The position numbers were made by a program, and so were the translations under genes. DNA of 64,000 nucleotides from Candidatus Latescibacterota bacterium (GTDB lineage Bacteria; Latescibacterota; UBA2968; UBA8231), in NCBI GenBank assembly GCA_965248265.1, contig CBDFJF010000002.1:3008001-3072000 (forward strand), in the 5' to 3' direction. The notes beneath the pieces are model-generated. The model was not told the origin of the DNA. It saw only the letters and a list, made by a program, of their open reading frames with translations, and ran no database searches. Below are positions 1-11,082 of the stretch, piece after piece (position 1 is the first letter of the stretch; each line of letters starts with the position of its first letter).

Positions 1-309
1 TTGGCGGGAGCGCTCAGTGGCGCCGGAACCACGCGCAAACCGGGTACACGGATCGGCAACGCGGCTCTACTGATCGTCCTCGACATCGAGCAGTTCGTTC
101 CGCGAGAGGAGTTTGCTCATACCGTCACCGAGTTGGCGCGCTTCGTCAAATCGTCGGCGCTGATGGAGGGATTCGAGGAAATCATTCTGCCGGGAGAGAT
201 CGAACAACGTCAAATCGCGAACCGGCAGGCGACCGGAATATTTGTCGAGGACGAAACCTGGGAGCAGATCATGGCCCTCGGGCTCAAGTTTGGCGTAGGG
301 ATTAAATAG
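1..309 (+). CDS. Ldh_2 family (malate/L-lactate/sulfolactate dehydrogenase-like) oxidoreductase, C-terminal part, cut by window edge
   Basis: LAGALSG..GN..L.I.D...F and EI.LPGE.E motifs typical of Ldh_2 C-termini. Confidence 0.75.
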   Translation: MAGALSGAGTTRKPGTRIGNAALLIVLDIEQFVPREEFAHTVTELARFVKSSALMEGFEEIILPGEIEQRQIANRQATGIFVEDETWEQIMALGLKFGVGIK

Positions 310-347
310 GCGTAGGGATTAACCAGGAGCGCGCCCAAGCGAAATTT

Positions 348-1982
<1,635 letters not shown>

Positions 1983-2004
1983 GTCCTGTCGGGAGAGTGT
2001 AATC

Positions 2005-3189
2005 GTGACTGACTTCTACGAACGCTCGGCTATCATCCATGAGCAGCTGCACGGCAAAATCGCTGTGGTCAGCAAGATCCCCATCGGCTCTCTGGATGAC
2101 CTGTCGATCGCCTATACACCGGGAGTAGCCCGCCCCTGCGAGTTGATCGCAGCTGATCCCGCGAAAGCGCGGCGGTTGACGATAAAGGGCAACAGCGTGG
2201 CCGTGGTTACTGATGGCTCGGCCGTGCTCGGGCTCGGCGACATCGGTCCGCTGGCCGCCATTCCGGTTATGGAAGGCAAGGTCCTGCTGTTCAAGGAGTT
2301 CGCCAATCTGGAGGCCTGGCCGATTTGCCTCGATACCAAGGATGTTGATGAGATCGTCAGCACCGTCCGGCAGATTGCTCCGGTGTTTGGCGGTATCAAT
2401 CTCGAGGACATCTCGGCACCGCGTTGCTTCGAGATCGAGCGCCGGCTACAGGATCTGGGGATACCGGTATTCCACGACGATCAACACGGCACCGCCATCG
2501 TGCTGCTGGCAGCGCTGCTCAATGCTGGACGGGTTCTGCGGCATCCTCTGGAGGAAATGGTTGTCGTGGTTAGTGGCGCAGGGGCAGCGGGATCGGCGAT
2601 CGCGAAGCTGCTGCTTGGGATCAGTGCCGAAGGCGATGACGCCGTCAGTGCTCCGGTGAAGGACGTGGTGGTCTGTGATTCATGTGGGGCCATTCACAAA
2701 GGCCGGGAAGGTCTGTCTCCAGAAAAGGAAGGGCTGTCGAGCTTCACCAACATCGGCGGTCGTACGGGCACCTTACAGGAGGCCCTCGAAGGGGCTGACG
2801 TCTTCATCGGGGTCAGCAAGGCGGGCCTGCTGAAGGCTGATGACGTAAGTCGGATGAACCCGGATCCGATCATTCTGGCGATGGCCAATCCAGAGCCCGA
2901 GATCATGCCTGATGAGGCCAGAAAAGGGGGAGCCGCCGTCGTTGGGACGGGCCGCAGCGACTTTCCGAATCAGGTCAACAATGTCCTGGCTTTCCCGGGG
3001 ATTTTTCGCGGCGCCCTTGATGCTGGTGCGGCTACCATCACTGCGCAGATGAAGATGGCAGCCGTGAACGCGCTCGCTGACACGGTCTCCGAACCGACCG
3101 TGGATCGTATTCTGCCCGATCCCCTCGATCGGCGGGTTGCGCCATTGGTCGCCGAAGCCGTGCGGGCAGCAGCCTTGCATGAGTCCTAG
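2005..3189 (+). CDS. NAD(P)-dependent malic enzyme (short type, no PTA domain)
   Basis: AYTPGVA, VTDGSAVLGLG, NLEDI, FHDDQHGTA, GAGAAG, GRSDFPNQVNN; probable GTG start at 2005 after GGGAG. Confidence 0.92.
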   Translation: MTDFYERSAIIHEQLHGKIAVVSKIPIGSLDDLSIAYTPGVARPCELIAADPAKARRLTIKGNSVAVVTDGSAVLGLGDIGPLAAIPVMEGKVLLFKEFANLEAWPICLDTKDVDEIVSTVRQIAPVFGGINLEDISAPRCFEIERRLQDLGIPVFHDDQHGTAIVLLAALLNAGRVLRHPLEEMVVVVSGAGAAGSAIAKLLLGISAEGDDAVSAPVKDVVVCDSCGAIHKGREGLSPEKEGLSSFTNIGGRTGTLQEALEGADVFIGVSKAGLLKADDVSRMNPDPIILAMANPEPEIMPDEARKGGAAVVGTGRSDFPNQVNNVLAFPGIFRGALDAGAATITAQMKMAAVNALADTVSEPTVDRILPDPLDRRVAPLVAEAVRAAALHES

Positions 3190-3218
3190 GACCCTTGAAA
3201 GACGGGCTCCTCACTTTC

Positions 3219-3248
3219 TTGACTTTCTGTCTGACGGAGCGATATCTT
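3219..3248 (+). promoter_or_regulatory. Putative sigma70-type promoter of the thrS leader
   Basis: TTGACT (3219-3224), 18 nt spacer, TATCTT (3243-3248) upstream of the leader ORF. Confidence 0.35.
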
Positions 3249-3307
3249 TAAGCGTCAATATCAGCTGGACCCATAAATTCTATTGTAGCCACAAGGGGAG
3301 CCATCGG

Positions 3308-3442
3308 ATGTCTCACGAACGCGATCAGAAATGCCGGACAGCCGTGCGCTGTGCGTTCGTGAACTCGGCATCCACTACGTCCACCGCCTTGACGCGCACG
3401 ACGCGGCAGGAGCGAATTGCGGCACCATCGGTGGTCAGGTAG
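3308..3442 (+). CDS. Thr-rich leader peptide of thrS (44 aa)
   Basis: SD AGGGGAG 7 nt before ATG; TTSTALTRTT gives 6 Thr codons in 10 (3374-3403); followed by an antiterminator/terminator pair. Confidence 0.75.
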   Translation: MSHERDQKCRTAVRCAFVNSASTTSTALTRTTRQERIAAPSVVR

Positions 3443-3461
3443 GGCACAGAGAGACATTCAA

Positions 3462-3518
3462 GAAATCAGCCCACTGTCGATGGAGTCCGCAGCCATCGAC
3501 GGTGGGCTGATTTCGTTT
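3462..3518 (+). terminator. Attenuator terminator hairpin upstream of thrS
   Basis: 22-bp stem 3462-3483/3493-3514 (one G:U), ending in TTTCGTTT; left arm can alternatively pair with 3425-3445. Confidence 0.8.
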
Positions 3519-3535
3519 AGAAGAAGAGGCAGAAA

Positions 3536-5548
3536 ATGAAGATCCAGATTTCCGATCAAGATATCCGGGAGGTAGAAGGTGGTGGCACTCTCAAGGATGC
3601 ACTGCTTGCCTTGGACAAGACCCTACTGCGCGGATATGTCGGTGCGAGCCGGATCGGTGCGAGCGGGAGCGGCGAGCGCATCGATTTTCATCAACCTCTG
3701 GATGCCGATGCCGAAGTCGAGTTGATCCCGTTGGATACCGCAGAAGCGGCCTGGATATACAGGCATAGTCTGTCGCATGTGATGGCACAGGCAGTCCGGC
3801 GGCTATTCCCCGAGGCCAAGCTGGCCATCGGTCCCGCCATCGATGACGGTTTCTATTACGACTTCGATGTCGACGAGCCATTTGCCCCCGACGATCTCAA
3901 GGCGATCGAAAAAGAGATGAAGCGGGTTGTAAAGCAGAATCACAAATTCGAACGCCTCGAGGTCTCTCTCGAGGAGGCTCGTTCCCTGTTCGAGTCGGAT
4001 CCCTACAAGCTCGAACTCATTGATGAGCTCGAATCAGATGGGGAGTCGCTGTCGTTGTACCGCGACGGAGATTTCACGGATCTGTGTCGCGGACCACACA
4101 TCCTGAGCACCGGACAAGTCAAACATTACAAGCTGCTTTCGGTAGCGGGGGCTTATTGGCGTGGGGATGAAAGCAGGCCGATGCTGCAGCGAATTTATGG
4201 AACTGCCTTTTCGACCAGGGAGGCGCTGGACCATCATGTGAAGATGCTGGAGGAGGCCAGGAAGCGTGACCATCGACTGCTGGGCCGCCAGCTTCAGTTG
4301 TTTCACATAGACGAGGAGGTGGGTCAGGGCCTCGTATTGTGGACTCCAAATGGGGCGATCGTACGCGACGAACTGCAAAGGTTTATCTCGCAGGAGCTTC
4401 GACGCCAGGGTTATCAAACTGTATTTACACCGCATATCGGCAAGCTCGACCTGTACCGGAAGAGCGGACACTTCCCCTATTACCAGGAGAGTCAGTATCC
4501 CCCGTTGATCCACAGCGAGTTCCTCGACGGGCTGGCCGAGGAGGGATGCAGCTGCTCTGATCTCTCGAATTCAATGAAGGCGGGCGAGATAGACGGTTAT
4601 CTGCTCAAGCCGATGAACTGTCCGCACCACATCAAGATCTATTCGTCGCAACCGCGTAGTTATCGCGATCTGCCGGTGCGTCTGTCTGAGTTCGGCACGG
4701 TCTACCGTTGGGAACAGTCGGGCGAGATCGGCGGCATGACCCGGGTCCGTGGCTTCACGCAGGATGACGCTCACTTGTTCTGCACCGAAGACCAGGTACA
4801 CGATGAACTGCTCGGTTGTCTGAAGATCGTCAGCATCATCTTTACTACGCTTGGGATGGAGGACTACCGCGTGCGCGTAGGTCTGCGCGACGAGGACAGC
4901 ACCAAGTACGTCGGCGAGCCGGAGAAGTGGGATCGCGCCGAGGATGCCTGCCGTCAGGCGGCGGCGACATTGGGCGTGGCCTACGCTGAGGAGACGGGAG
5001 AGGCTGCCTTTTACGGTCCGAAGATCGATTTCATCGTCAAGGACGTGGTTGGTCGCGAGTGGCAGCTCGGCACCATCCAGGTTGACTACAATTTACCTGA
5101 AAGATTTGGACTTGAATACGCCGGCGCTGATGGGCAAGCACACCGCCCTGTAATGATTCACCGAGCCCCCTTCGGTTCGATGGAGCGCTTTGTCGGCGTC
5201 CTGATCGAGCATTTCGCAGGTGCGTTTCCGGCGTGGCTGGCGCCCCTGCAGGTAGCGGTGCTGCCAATTGGTGAGAGCCATCAGGAGTATGCTCAGTCCT
5301 TGTATGACACGCTCATCGCAAACGAGGTACGCGCGACCACGATGGTCGACAACACGCTCAATTATCGCATCCGCCAGGCGCAGACGCAGAAGGTTCCGTA
5401 CATGTTTGTCCTGGGTGATCGTGAAGTGGAAACCTCCACCGTGTCGATTCGGCTTCGCAGCGGCGAAGGTGTCGATCCCCTGTCGGTCGATGCCGCCGTG
5501 GCCAGGGTGCGGGAGTGCATAATCAGCAAGGCTGCTGATCTGGGATAG
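3536..5548 (+). CDS. thrS: Threonyl-tRNA synthetase
   Basis: HSLSH and DLCRGPH editing motifs, RDHR, KPMNCPHH, RVRGFTQDDAH, AAFYGPK, MIHRAPFGSMERF. Confidence 0.98.
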   Translation: MKIQISDQDIREVEGGGTLKDALLALDKTLLRGYVGASRIGASGSGERIDFHQPLDADAEVELIPLDTAEAAWIYRHSLSHVMAQAVRRLFPEAKLAIGPAIDDGFYYDFDVDEPFAPDDLKAIEKEMKRVVKQNHKFERLEVSLEEARSLFESDPYKLELIDELESDGESLSLYRDGDFTDLCRGPHILSTGQVKHYKLLSVAGAYWRGDESRPMLQRIYGTAFSTREALDHHVKMLEEARKRDHRLLGRQLQLFHIDEEVGQGLVLWTPNGAIVRDELQRFISQELRRQGYQTVFTPHIGKLDLYRKSGHFPYYQESQYPPLIHSEFLDGLAEEGCSCSDLSNSMKAGEIDGYLLKPMNCPHHIKIYSSQPRSYRDLPVRLSEFGTVYRWEQSGEIGGMTRVRGFTQDDAHLFCTEDQVHDELLGCLKIVSIIFTTLGMEDYRVRVGLRDEDSTKYVGEPEKWDRAEDACRQAAATLGVAYAEETGEAAFYGPKIDFIVKDVVGREWQLGTIQVDYNLPERFGLEYAGADGQAHRPVMIHRAPFGSMERFVGVLIEHFAGAFPAWLAPLQVAVLPIGESHQEYAQSLYDTLIANEVRATTMVDNTLNYRIRQAQTQKVPYMFVLGDREVETSTVSIRLRSGEGVDPLSVDAAVARVRECIISKAADLG

Positions 5549-5662
5549 GCAGGTTGTCACCTCTCGACTCTGAGCTTAATTTTACACCCAAACAGGCAAC
5601 GTGTGGCTGTCGGGTTTTCAGCCGTTCCGTCCAGACCTGAAAAGATCGGAATAGATCAAGGA

Positions 5663-6028
5663 ATGCCAAGAATACTGCTGGTAGAGGACAACGAAATGAA
5701 CCGGGATATGTTGTCTCGCCGGCTCGAACGCAAAGGGTTCGAGGTATCAATAGCTGTGGACGGTGCGGAGGGAGTGGAAAAGGCACGCGAGGAGCTGCCC
5801 GATCTGGTGTTGATGGACATGAGTTTGCCAAAGATGGATGGATGGGAGGCCACTTCGGTGTTGAAGGCGGAGGAGAACACGAAACACATCCCCGTGATCG
5901 CTCTGACCGCACATGCCATGGAAGGGGATCGAGAGAAGGCCATTGATGCTGGTTGTGATGACTATGACACCAAGCCAGTCGATTTCAATCGACTTCTAGG
6001 CAAGATCGAGACGAGGATTCAAGGCTGA
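5663..6028 (+). CDS. Single-domain response regulator (DivK/CheY-like)
   Basis: LLVEDN, LVLMDMSLP, IALTAHA, KP; ATG at 5663 after AAGGA. Confidence 0.9.
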   Translation: MPRILLVEDNEMNRDMLSRRLERKGFEVSIAVDGAEGVEKAREELPDLVLMDMSLPKMDGWEATSVLKAEENTKHIPVIALTAHAMEGDREKAIDAGCDDYDTKPVDFNRLLGKIETRIQG

Positions 6029-6207
6029 GGCGCTGCCGGGGCAGCAGAGGGTCTCGATCCTTGAAGTCGTATTAGGCGACACAGAGGTCTAAGGACGAGA
6101 GCGGACACTCCGGTGATCGGCTCTTTTCTTATGTACAATTCATCCGATGGGAGTAGCGGATGTCCCCATCGCCGAGGTACCGAGAGACGGGTTTGGAGGA
6201 TATCTGA

Positions 6208-6795
6208 ATGAAAGTTTTGGTAGTCGAGGACGAAGCCGCACAACGTGTGGTGCTCGAAGGAGCACTCAAGAAGTTCGGCCATACCCCTGTTGTCGCCGAA
6301 GACGGCGAACAGGCCTGGGAGGCCTTTTCGGCAGACGCCGATCTCCGTGTGGTGCTGACCGATTGGCTCATGCCCAAGGTTGACGGCATCGAACTGTGTC
6401 GCCGCATTCGCCGTCAGCGCCAACGGCCTTACACCTATGTCCTGATGCTGACGATCAAGCAGGAGAAATCCGAGTACCTGGAAGGCATGGAGGCTGGCGT
6501 CGATGATTTCATGACGAAGCCTTTCGATCCGGACGAACTGGAAGCACGACTCAGGGTGGCCGAGCGCATCCTCGGGCTGCGCGTAGAGATCGATCGACTC
6601 ACCAGTCTGCTGCCGATCTGCGCGTACTGCAAGAACATTCAGGATGACCGATCGACGTGGGTGTCGGTGGAGCAGTATGTGACTTCAAAGACGGATACCG
6701 ACCTCACCCACACCATCTGTCCCTCCTGCTACGAGAGTGAGGTCAAGCCCGAACTCGAAGAGTTGAAACAACCCCCGGGGCGCTCCCAATCATAG
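6208..6795 (+). CDS. Response regulator with C-terminal Cys/His (putative Zn-binding) domain
   Basis: REC domain (VVEDE, TDWLMP, KPF) plus LPICAYCK...THTICPSC. Confidence 0.85.
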   Translation: MKVLVVEDEAAQRVVLEGALKKFGHTPVVAEDGEQAWEAFSADADLRVVLTDWLMPKVDGIELCRRIRRQRQRPYTYVLMLTIKQEKSEYLEGMEAGVDDFMTKPFDPDELEARLRVAERILGLRVEIDRLTSLLPICAYCKNIQDDRSTWVSVEQYVTSKTDTDLTHTICPSCYESEVKPELEELKQPPGRSQS

Positions 6796-6949
6796 GCTAT
6801 GCTATAAATCGATCCTGTCGCAGATCTGCTGGATGTCGGTGGCGATCACGCAGGTTGGCGTGGCGGAGAGCTATCAGCAGGCCATGCAGAGGCGGAGCGA
6901 AAGAAGTTGAACGGACACGTTGGGCGAAGACAACCGAACGGGTAGAGGG

Positions 6950-8098
6950 ATGAGTAGTCCGGCACAGGCAGCGAAGAGAGTCCTCGTCGTCGATGATTCG
7001 GCTGTCGTTCGTCACGCGGTCGTCGAAATCCTCAAGAGCCTGGGATGCGAGCCGTACGAGGCCGAGGACGGTCAAGCCGCCATCGATCTGCTGGAACAGC
7101 ACGCTGTGGACGTGATCATCCTCGACCTTCACATGCCAGTGAAGGATGGATTCGAGACACTGGCAGAGTTGCGCGCTGATTCCCGTTTCGCTGAGCTTCC
7201 CGTTTTTATCCTGACGTCATCGGGGGGACACAGTTTTGTGCGCAAGGCAGCGGCATTGAATATCGCCGGCTACCTGCTGAAATCTGAGCTCAATCCGAAG
7301 GATCTGGCTGCCCGTATCGGGAGCGTCCTCGGACGGGTCGTTGCCGTGTCGCCGCCGAAACAAGCCGAAGCGTTAAATCTGAAAGTCCTGCTCGTCCACA
7401 GTCCGGCAGGGGATCACCGCGAGATCATCAAGGCGCTCGCAGAGTGGGGCTGCACCATCATGCCGACGGATGACTCGGAAGAGTCGTTGGCCCTGGCCCG
7501 GCAGGGCGATGTCGATATCGCCCTCGTAGAAGACAAGCTTGCTGCATCCGACGGGTTTTCCGTTGCAAGACAGCTGCGAGATGCGTCTAATGAAGCGGCC
7601 GGCAAGACTATGCCTATCGTTTTAGTTTCAGACAAACCTCTCGATCAGATCAAGGACCTGGGCGAGCGTGCCGGCATGGACGCATACGTTGCCAAACCGG
7701 TTGACGAACAGCGCTTGTTCAAGACACTCAAGGATTTGTCGGCACTGGGTCTGAGCACGGCGACCCTTTTCGATCGCGCCGAACTCATGGAGCGGGCCGG
7801 GGATGAGGTCGAACTGGTCCAGCGTATGCTCGAGCTGTTTTTCCGGGATGCACCGGTGCTCATGGAGCAGGCCGATCAGGCAATAGCCGATCAGGACGGC
7901 AAGGCACTGGGCGATCACGCGCATACCCTCAAGGGCATGCTGGCGACCCTGGCCGCACATGAGATTGCTCGCTACGCCGAGTTACTCGAGCGCATCGGCA
8001 GGAGCGCCGACTTGTCGAAAGCCAGGATGGCTCTGGAAAAGCTGGAGGAAGAAATCTCCAATTTGTCGGCACAACTCAAGGAGGAGTTCGAGTCATGA
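6950..8098 (+). CDS. Response regulator, REC - degenerate REC - Hpt
   Basis: VVDDS/LDLHMP first REC; second REC-like domain; HAHTLKG Hpt motif. Confidence 0.85.
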   Translation: MSSPAQAAKRVLVVDDSAVVRHAVVEILKSLGCEPYEAEDGQAAIDLLEQHAVDVIILDLHMPVKDGFETLAELRADSRFAELPVFILTSSGGHSFVRKAAALNIAGYLLKSELNPKDLAARIGSVLGRVVAVSPPKQAEALNLKVLLVHSPAGDHREIIKALAEWGCTIMPTDDSEESLALARQGDVDIALVEDKLAASDGFSVARQLRDASNEAAGKTMPIVLVSDKPLDQIKDLGERAGMDAYVAKPVDEQRLFKTLKDLSALGLSTATLFDRAELMERAGDEVELVQRMLELFFRDAPVLMEQADQAIADQDGKALGDHAHTLKGMLATLAAHEIARYAELLERIGRSADLSKARMALEKLEEEISNLSAQLKEEFES

Positions 8099-8532
8099 CA
8101 AGTGGCCTAGATGGTCTGTTCGGCGCAGAAGAGGATTCGCCTGCGGCGCCGATTCCGACGAAGACGGGCAAGACTGTCCTTGTCGTCGACGATTCCGATA
8201 TGATGCGCGTGACCATAACCCGCATCGTGGAGAAATCAGGTCATCGTGTCATCGAAGCGTCGAACGGCAATCAGGCGCTGGATGCCTGCCGAAACAACAC
8301 TCCTGATCTGATTTTCCTGGACTGGATCATGCCGGAAAAAGAGGGTCTCGAAACGCTGCAGGAATTGCGCCAGGTACCGAAGCTCAGTGAAACACCCGTA
8401 GTCTTGCTCACCGTGGTGAGAAACAAGGATGCGATCCGGGTGGCCGGCCGCTACGGAGTACAGGATTACATCTCCAAGCCCGCCAAACCGGATCGCGTAC
8501 GAGAGAAAATTCGCAAGCACCTCGGCTCGTGA
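8095..8532 (+). CDS. CheY-like single-domain response regulator
   Basis: VVDDS, LDWIMP, LLT, KP; ATGA overlap with the upstream gene. Confidence 0.9.
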   Translation: MTSGLDGLFGAEEDSPAAPIPTKTGKTVLVVDDSDMMRVTITRIVEKSGHRVIEASNGNQALDACRNNTPDLIFLDWIMPEKEGLETLQELRQVPKLSETPVVLLTVVRNKDAIRVAGRYGVQDYISKPAKPDRVREKIRKHLGS

Positions 8533-9206
8533 AGCAGATTAGGGACACCGCCTCCCTGCTCTGGCGTTTTCGCTATCACCTTCTCTGCACGATTATCGCT
8601 GTCGCTCTTTGGGACACCTCTTTTATCTATCCCTTTCGGCTTTTCATGGTTGTCGTCCACGAGGTCTGTCACGCCGCGGCCGCGATAGCAACCGGTGGGG
8701 AGGTGCTGGAGATGAAGACGCAGTGGGATGAGTCTGGTCATACCCTGACCAGGGGTGGGCTGTTTCCCATCATCAGCACCGCCGGTTACGTAGGTTCAGC
8801 CGTTCTTGGCTCCCTGCTCATTTACACTGGAAAGTCTCCGCGACTGCAACGATTGGTACTAGCTGGCATTGGCACCGCGACGATGGGGATGACGATGTGG
8901 TACACTCCTCTGGGAGAGATGGATTCCTATCTGGGTATCTTCGGGGGCTTGTTGCTCTTGTGCATGGCGATCAAGTCGCAACGGGCCTCCAGGGCGGCAG
9001 CTACCTGGCTCGGTATCATGCTGTGCCTTTACAGCTTGCACGACTTCCGTACTGATCTGTGGTCGTATCCCGAGATGACGGATGCCGGAATACTGGCTCG
9101 CAACTGGGGAGTGCCCATCCTCGCCTATCCGATCGCCCTGACCTGGGTGTTGTTATCCCTGGGTCTCATGTACAGGGCGTTACGCGCCGTCGTCAAGGAT
9201 AGTTGA
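8529..9206 (+). CDS. M50 (M50B-like) family membrane metallopeptidase
   Basis: HEVCH (HExxH), AGYVG, TDA motif, several TM segments. Confidence 0.85.
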   Translation: MKQIRDTASLLWRFRYHLLCTIIAVALWDTSFIYPFRLFMVVVHEVCHAAAAIATGGEVLEMKTQWDESGHTLTRGGLFPIISTAGYVGSAVLGSLLIYTGKSPRLQRLVLAGIGTATMGMTMWYTPLGEMDSYLGIFGGLLLLCMAIKSQRASRAAATWLGIMLCLYSLHDFRTDLWSYPEMTDAGILARNWGVPILAYPIALTWVLLSLGLMYRALRAVVKDS

Positions 9207-9290
9207 CCCTGTTTTGAGCGCCCGGTATCTTGGGTTTTCTACCTGAAAACCCACCATCAAAGAGAGAAACACCAAAGGGAGACGACGACG

Positions 9291-11066
9291 ATGAGGATGA
9301 GCGGGCTGTTCAGCCAGACGCTCAGGGAAGCACCCGCTGATGCCGAGGTGCAAAGCCACATTTTACTGTTGCGGGCCGGATTCATCAGACAACTGGCGAG
9401 TGGAATCTTCAGCTACCTGCCGCTTGCCCGCCGAGCCCTGACCAAGATCGAGGGGCTCATCCGCTCCGAGATCGATGACATCGGTGGGCAAGAGATCACC
9501 ATGCCGGTCGTGCATCCGGCAGACATATGGAAGGAGACCGGCCGCTGGTACCAGATCGATGCCGAGATGAGCCGCTTCCAGGACCGTGGCGATCGCGATA
9601 TGGTACTGGCAATGACGCATGAGGAGGTCGTCGCTGATCTCGTGCGCCGGGAGATCAAATCATACCGGCAACTGCCGCAGTTGATCTACCAGATTCAGAC
9701 CAAGTGGCGTGATGATCCGCGACCGCGCTCGGGATTGCTGAGGGTACGTGAGTTCACGATGAAGGACAGTTATTCCCTCGATACGGATGCCGCAGGTCTG
9801 GAGAACCAGTACCGGGCGCACTACCAGGCCTACTACAACATTTTTCATCGATGCGGACTGCCCATGCGCACGGTCAAGGCGGATGCCGGCATGATGGGGG
9901 GGAACCTCGGGCACGAGTTCATCTACCCGACACCCATCGGCGAGGATACCATCCTGCTGTGCGACAGCTGTGGCTACTCAGCCAATGGCCAGATCGCTGC
10001 GTTCCGCAAGGAGGCCGCGGAGGCAGAGACGCCGGCAGACCAGGAGCGGGTTGCGACTCCTGACACGCCCACCATAGAGTCGCTTGCCGAACTCCTCGAT
10101 ATCCCGAAACGAAAGACCGCCAAGGCGCTGTTCGTCGTCGGCACTTTCAAGGACGACGACGGAGCCGATGTCGACAAGCTGATCCTGGCCGTGATTCGCG
10201 GGGATATGGATGTCAGCGATACCAAGCTGGCCAATGCCTCTGGTGCCGTCGCTCTGAGGCCGGCTCGCGAAGAGGAGATTTCCGCCAGTGGAGCTGTTGC
10301 CGGGTACGCTTCTCCGATCGGTCTCCGGGAAGTCGTCGTGATCGCGGACGATTCCATCCCCAGCTCCCCCAATCTTGTTGCGGGAGCCAACGAGGCGGGG
10401 TACCACATCAAAAACGTCAACTACGGCCGGGATTTCGAAGCCGAAACCGTCGTCGACATTGCGGCGGCCGCGGCCGGATACGCCTGTCCTGAGTGTGGTG
10501 ACCCTCTTGGTGCCAGTCGCGGAGTGGAAACCGGACACATATTCCAGCTCGGTACCAAGTACAGTGATACCATGGGCTGTCAGTTTCTCGATCAGAACGG
10601 GAAGGCCCAACCGGTCATCATGGGGTCCTACGGTATCGGAGTCGGGCGCCTGTTGGCCTGCATCGCCGAAGAGCATCACGATAGCGATGGGCTGATCTGG
10701 CCGATTTCGGTGGCTCCGTTCGTCGTCCACATTGTCTCATTGGCAAAGGGTGACGGTCCGGCAACTGACGCCTCAAAGAAGCTCTACGCGGAATTGAAGG
10801 TCCTCGGCATCGAAGTCCTCTACGACGATCGCTCCGAAAACGCGGGAGTCAAGTTCAAGGACGCCGACCTGATCGGAGTACCTGTGCGGATCACGGTGGG
10901 AGATCGCTCACTGAAGCAGGGTAACTTAGAGGTGTCGTTGAGGAGTGATCCGAAAGAGAAGATTGATGTGCCGGTAGCGAGCATCGTCCAGCATGTGTGC
11001 GAGACGATCGAGCGGCTTCAACAGGAAATCGACGCCCGCGTCGTCGACGTGGAATACAAGGAGTAA
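9291..11066 (+). CDS. proS: Prolyl-tRNA synthetase (bacterial type with INS editing domain)
   Basis: MTHEE, RDDPRPRSGLLRVREFTMKDSYS, GHIFQLGTKYS, MGSYGIGVGR, GVKFKDADLIG. Confidence 0.98.
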   Translation: MRMSGLFSQTLREAPADAEVQSHILLLRAGFIRQLASGIFSYLPLARRALTKIEGLIRSEIDDIGGQEITMPVVHPADIWKETGRWYQIDAEMSRFQDRGDRDMVLAMTHEEVVADLVRREIKSYRQLPQLIYQIQTKWRDDPRPRSGLLRVREFTMKDSYSLDTDAAGLENQYRAHYQAYYNIFHRCGLPMRTVKADAGMMGGNLGHEFIYPTPIGEDTILLCDSCGYSANGQIAAFRKEAAEAETPADQERVATPDTPTIESLAELLDIPKRKTAKALFVVGTFKDDDGADVDKLILAVIRGDMDVSDTKLANASGAVALRPAREEEISASGAVAGYASPIGLREVVVIADDSIPSSPNLVAGANEAGYHIKNVNYGRDFEAETVVDIAAAAAGYACPECGDPLGASRGVETGHIFQLGTKYSDTMGCQFLDQNGKAQPVIMGSYGIGVGRLLACIAEEHHDSDGLIWPISVAPFVVHIVSLAKGDGPATDASKKLYAELKVLGIEVLYDDRSENAGVKFKDADLIGVPVRITVGDRSLKQGNLEVSLRSDPKEKIDVPVASIVQHVCETIERLQQEIDARVVDVEYKE

Positions 11067-11082
11067 CACCGCGGACTCTGCC

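Noticed and set aside
3300-3520. T-box riboswitch upstream of thrS
   Set aside because: No AGGGTGGNACCGCG T-box consensus is visible; the Thr-codon leader explains the structure better.
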